Origin: Candidatus Methanofastidiosum methylothiophilum
GTDB taxonomy: Archaea; Methanobacteriota_B; Thermococci; Methanofastidiosales; Methanofastidiosaceae
Length of the DNA stretch: 10,716 nt
NCBI GenBank assembly: GCA_001587715.1
Contig: LNGC01000051.1
Coordinates: forward strand, 1 to 10,716
Direction of reading: 5' to 3'
Shown here: in pieces, positions 7,790 to 10,716 of the stretch
Position numbering within the stretch: position 1 is the stretch's first letter
Layout of the letters: each line of letters begins with the position of its first letter
Made by a program: the position numbers and the translations under genes
The notes under the pieces: generated by a model
What the model was told of the DNA's origin: nothing
The model's database searches: none
Seen by the model: only the letters and a program-made list of their open reading frames with translations

Positions 7790-8197
7790 ATGACTAATGC
7801 AGTATATAGTAAAGCTAAAGAGAAAATGTTACAAGCAGGAATTGACTTAGTAACTGGAGATGTTAAGGCAATACTTGTAGATACCCTTAATTATTATGTA
7901 GATTTAGAAAACCATGATTTCCTAGACGATATTCCAGTTGTTGCAATAACTGCAACTAGTCCAGTATTAACTAATAAATCCATAGCAGGGGGGGTATTTG
8001 ATGCAGATAATATAACCTTTACATTAGTATCTGGGAATGAAAGTGAAGCTATAATATTATATATAGATACTGGAACTGAATCAGAAAGCCCACTTATAGC
8101 ATATATTGACACTGCAACAGGACTTCCAATAACCCCTAACGGTGGAGATATAGTAATAGAATGGGATAACGGAGCTAATAAAATTTTCAGATTATAA
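7790..8197 (+). CDS. Small beta-rich conserved virion-protein candidate (135 aa), encoded just upstream of the fibre gene. It may be a fibre-attachment or adaptor protein.
   Basis: SD GAGGTGGG at -8. The C-terminal motif TPNGGDIVIEWDNGANKIFRL and the central FDADNITF...ILYIDTG pattern look like a conserved phage structural family seen upstream of fibre genes. That recognition comes from memory and is not verified. Confidence 0.5.
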   Translation: MTNAVYSKAKEKMLQAGIDLVTGDVKAILVDTLNYYVDLENHDFLDDIPVVAITATSPVLTNKSIAGGVFDADNITFTLVSGNESEAIILYIDTGTESESPLIAYIDTATGLPITPNGGDIVIEWDNGANKIFRL

Positions 8198-8215
8198 TAT
8201 CATCAGGATAAGACT

Positions 8216-10576
8216 ATGACAATAACTGGTAGTGGAACCTCTGCTGACCCTTATATAATTTATACCCTAGATGATTTGGCATTAATAGGAACTAGTCCTT
8301 ATACTTTGAATAAATATTTTAAGTTAAATAATGATATTGATGCCAGTCCTACTCAAGACCCTAGTTATAATGGAGGGACAGGTTGGAATCCAATAGGGAA
8401 TAGCACCACTAAATTTAGTGGAAATTTTAATGGGAATAATAAAACCATATCAGGATTATTTATTAATAAACCTACAACCGACAATATAGGTTTATTTGGA
8501 TACACCACTACAGGATTTAGTATTTATAATCTTATTTTGGAAGTAGATATTACTGGACAGAATAATGTAGGGGGATTACTAGGGTATTATGATGAGGTAA
8601 GTAATAGTGATGGGGATAGGGTATGGGGAATAACAGTACATGGAGAAGTAACTGGGAATAACCAAGTAGGAGGAATTGTTGGGGTTAAAGCCCACTATGG
8701 GTATATTGATGATTGTTATTCTGATGCAGTGGTTTCCGGTGCAAACCAAGTAGGAGGGATATTTGGACAACTTTTAAACCTTGGTTATAGGGGAATTGTT
8801 AAGTATTGTGATTTTGATGGAGTAGTTAATATTTCCGGGAGTAGAGGGGGATTAATAGGGGGGGAAGCTAATCAAGATGTTACTTATTGTAATGCTTATG
8901 GAGAGTTAAATGCCTCAGCAACTAGTGATTATATAGGAGGAATAATAGGATATGATATTAGCGAAGATATTAGTTATTGCAATTGCTATTCTAATATAAC
9001 TGGTAGAAATTATGTTGGAGGAATAGTAGGAACTAAAACAAAATACAATGCAATTAGTTTCTGTAGGGCTTACGGAGTAATTACTGGTAATGAGAGGGTA
9101 GGGGGTATTGCAGGACACCATGGAACTAGGGGTTATGGAAGTACATTACAAGATTGTTATTTTAGGGGAGAAATAAATGCAACTGGAAATTATGTAGGAG
9201 GCATTGCAGGGAGTTGTAGTTGGTTAATTCAAAGATGTTTAGTATCAAGTGATACAGTAATTAACAGCCCTAATTCAAGTTATGTGGGGGGAATTGTTGG
9301 ATTAGGTAATCATGGCCCGATTAATAATTGTATAAACCTTATAGATATTAATGGGATAGATTATGTGGGGGGCATTGCAGGGAAGAAGGAATTATATGAT
9401 AGTTATGTGGAAGTTCAAAACTATGGAAACATTACCGGAAGGGATTATGTAGGGGGAATTACTGGATACTTTTCTAATTATGATTATGCCCAAGACCACA
9501 AACAATGTATAAACTATGGAAACATTACTGGAAGGAATTATGTAGGGGGAATAGCAGGTAGATGTGACTGTAGGAATTGGGAATGTTATAATAGGGGAAA
9601 AGTATCTGGGCAAAATAATGTAGGGGGAATATTTGGGCATTTATATTCAAAATATATAAGTAGAGCATATAATACAGGGCAGGTTATAGGAACAGGAACA
9701 GGAATAGGGGGATTAGTTGGAAGCATTAGTGGGAGTGGGGGGGATACAAATAGTTTCTGGGATGTTGAAACTAGTGGAATAGCTATAAGTGCAAGGGGTA
9801 CAGGAAAGACTACAGCAGAAATGAAAACCCAATCAACATATACAGGATGGGATTTCACGACCCCAGTATGGTTAATTAACCCTATTTTCAATGATGGTTA
9901 TCCTTATTTAAATATTCCTAAATTTATTAGAGTTTTATCCCCAAATGGGATTACTTCTACAGAAGGATTAGGGATTCCTCTAATCAGAATAACAGTCATA
10001 CATATTATGGCAAATGGAGTTCCTTCTACTCTTCTATTTGGAATACCTAAACTTTCTGCCATACTCAGAATACAGGGCATAGATGGAACTATACAGCTAG
10101 GAATTTTTAAAACCTTAATGGAAGTTGCACTCAAAGGGAAAGGAATTAAACTATTAGATTTTGGTACTTTAAAAACATTGATGGAAGTAAGGGTAGTAGA
10201 TGGGGGAATCCCTAGTAGTATTGAACTAGGAATCCCAATGGCAATGTATCAGATAAGCCCAGAGGGAATAGACAATAGTATCACTATGGGAACTATTACA
10301 TTAATCTGGGATGAATTTATTAGACCTAATGGATTAGATTCATTTATTAGTTTTGGGGAATTAGTAACTTATATTAGATATTGGAAGGAAAATATTGAGT
10401 TTACATTAAAAGGAAGTAAAACTAATTTTGACCAAGTAGGGGGGGATATTAGATTTTTAATAGAAACCCCTAGTACAGAATTTGAACTTAAAAAACCTAC
10501 TACCCGGTTTGAATTAATACAACCAAGGGCTGGAACTAAGTTAAAATCTCAGACAATTTTTGAATTAAGAAAATAG
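8216..10576 (+). CDS. GLUG-repeat fibre or adhesin-like protein (786 aa), a candidate receptor-binding protein
   Basis: The N-terminal module GSGTSADPYIIYTLDDLALIG...YFKLNNDIDAS...WNPIGN...FSGNFNGNNKTISGLFINKPTTDNIGLFG is the typical head of GLUG-domain surface proteins. It carries 14 repeats of about 29 aa built on N-x-V-G-G-(I/L)-x-G (residues about 116-510), the closing motif TYTGWDFTTPVWLI...GYPYL, then about 7 repeats of about 22 aa (NG-I-x-S-x4-G-I-P-x6-I) and three FEL mini-repeats at the end. No HExxH or other protease motif was found. Confidence 0.85.
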   Translation: MTITGSGTSADPYIIYTLDDLALIGTSPYTLNKYFKLNNDIDASPTQDPSYNGGTGWNPIGNSTTKFSGNFNGNNKTISGLFINKPTTDNIGLFGYTTTGFSIYNLILEVDITGQNNVGGLLGYYDEVSNSDGDRVWGITVHGEVTGNNQVGGIVGVKAHYGYIDDCYSDAVVSGANQVGGIFGQLLNLGYRGIVKYCDFDGVVNISGSRGGLIGGEANQDVTYCNAYGELNASATSDYIGGIIGYDISEDISYCNCYSNITGRNYVGGIVGTKTKYNAISFCRAYGVITGNERVGGIAGHHGTRGYGSTLQDCYFRGEINATGNYVGGIAGSCSWLIQRCLVSSDTVINSPNSSYVGGIVGLGNHGPINNCINLIDINGIDYVGGIAGKKELYDSYVEVQNYGNITGRDYVGGITGYFSNYDYAQDHKQCINYGNITGRNYVGGIAGRCDCRNWECYNRGKVSGQNNVGGIFGHLYSKYISRAYNTGQVIGTGTGIGGLVGSISGSGGDTNSFWDVETSGIAISARGTGKTTAEMKTQSTYTGWDFTTPVWLINPIFNDGYPYLNIPKFIRVLSPNGITSTEGLGIPLIRITVIHIMANGVPSTLLFGIPKLSAILRIQGIDGTIQLGIFKTLMEVALKGKGIKLLDFGTLKTLMEVRVVDGGIPSSIELGIPMAMYQISPEGIDNSITMGTITLIWDEFIRPNGLDSFISFGELVTYIRYWKENIEFTLKGSKTNFDQVGGDIRFLIETPSTEFELKKPTTRFELIQPRAGTKLKSQTIFELRK
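8561..9745 (+). repeat. Array of 14 GLUG-type coding repeats, with period about 81-99 nt
   Basis: The VGG(I/L) cores fall at residues 118, 151, 179, 211, 240, 267, 295, 327, 357, 384, 412, 443, 469 and 497 of the 8216 ORF. Near-identical DNA copies exist, e.g. 9424-9461 versus 9524-9561 (ctatggaaacattac[c/t]ggaagg[g/a]attatgtagggggaat). Confidence 0.85.
9944..10396 (+). repeat. C-terminal array of about 7 coding repeats of about 22 aa (NGITSTEGLGIPLIRITVIHIMA, NGVPSTLLFGIPKLSAILRIQGI, DGTIQLGIFKTLMEV..., GGIPSSIELGIPMAMYQISPE, GIDNSITMGTITLIWDEFIRP, NGLDSFISFGELVTYIRYWKE)
   Basis: Read from the translation. The pair FKTLMEVALKGKGI / LKTLMEVRVVDGGI is also visible as similar DNA at about 10108-10150 and 10168-10210. 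Confidence 0.6.
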
Positions 10577-10588
10577 GAGGGAAGGAGC

Positions 10589-10716
10589 ATGGATACAGTA
10601 AATGAAAATTCAACTAGGGATATTAAAATTAGTTTTACAAGCCACTTAGGAAATCCAGTAACCCCGGACAGATGTTTATATAAACTAACTGATTTAGAAA
10701 GTCTTACAGAGATAGT
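10589..10716 (+). CDS. Start of the next + strand gene (MDTVNENSTRDIKISFTSHLGNPVTPDRCLYKLTDLESLTEI...). It is truncated by the window end and its function is unknown.
   Basis: Strong SD (AGGAGGGAAGGAG) lies 5-8 nt upstream of the ATG. It keeps the same strand and spacing as the rest of the operon. Confidence 0.5.
   Translation, partial: MDTVNENSTRDIKISFTSHLGNPVTPDRCLYKLTDLESLTEI

Noticed and set aside
8216-10576. GLUG protein as an IgA-protease-like enzyme
   Set aside because: No HExxH zinc-peptidase motif or other catalytic signature is present anywhere in the 786 aa. The architecture is purely repeat, fibre-like.
1-10716. tRNA genes, integrase or att sites, toxin-antitoxin or defence cassettes
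   Set aside because: Intergenic space is almost nil. No cloverleaf-capable stretch, recombinase motifs or short paired toxin/antitoxin ORFs were seen. Nothing supports such features in this window.

Overview
The window is AT-rich (about 35% GC by eye). Every gene I can support lies on the + strand, tightly packed and often translationally coupled. Most genes have a strong Shine-Dalgarno-like box (GGAGG, GGGAGGG or GAGGTGGG) 6-10 nt upstream of the ATG.

The content is the late structural (head-assembly) module of an HK97-fold tailed virus or prophage, in the usual order:
- large terminase, which is 5'-partial (its Walker A motif sits at the window edge) and is split by a frameshift exactly at the ATPase/nuclease domain boundary
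- portal candidate
- MuF-like minor head protein
- an unannotated 40-aa zinc-ribbon micro-ORF
- HK97-type prohead protease with extensions at both ends
- acidic scaffold protein carrying a perfect (EEGNPG)n tandem repeat
- small decoration-like protein
- major capsid protein
- a second zinc-ribbon protein bracketed by oligo-T tracts
- a small conserved beta-rich protein

These are followed directly by a 786-aa fibre or adhesin-like protein. It has a conserved N-terminal head domain, 14 GLUG-type repeats (N-x-V-G-G-I-x-G) that carry an unusual cysteine ladder, the closing TYTGWDF...GYPYL motif, and a C-terminal module of about 7 repeats of 22 aa. No tail tube, tape-measure or baseplate genes lie between capsid and fibre.

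Codon usage points to a thermophile-like archaeal or bacterial host: AGA/AGG for Arg, ATA for Ile, and frequent GGG, CCC and CTA despite low GC. The host cannot be named from sequence alone. All antisense ORFs in the track look spurious.
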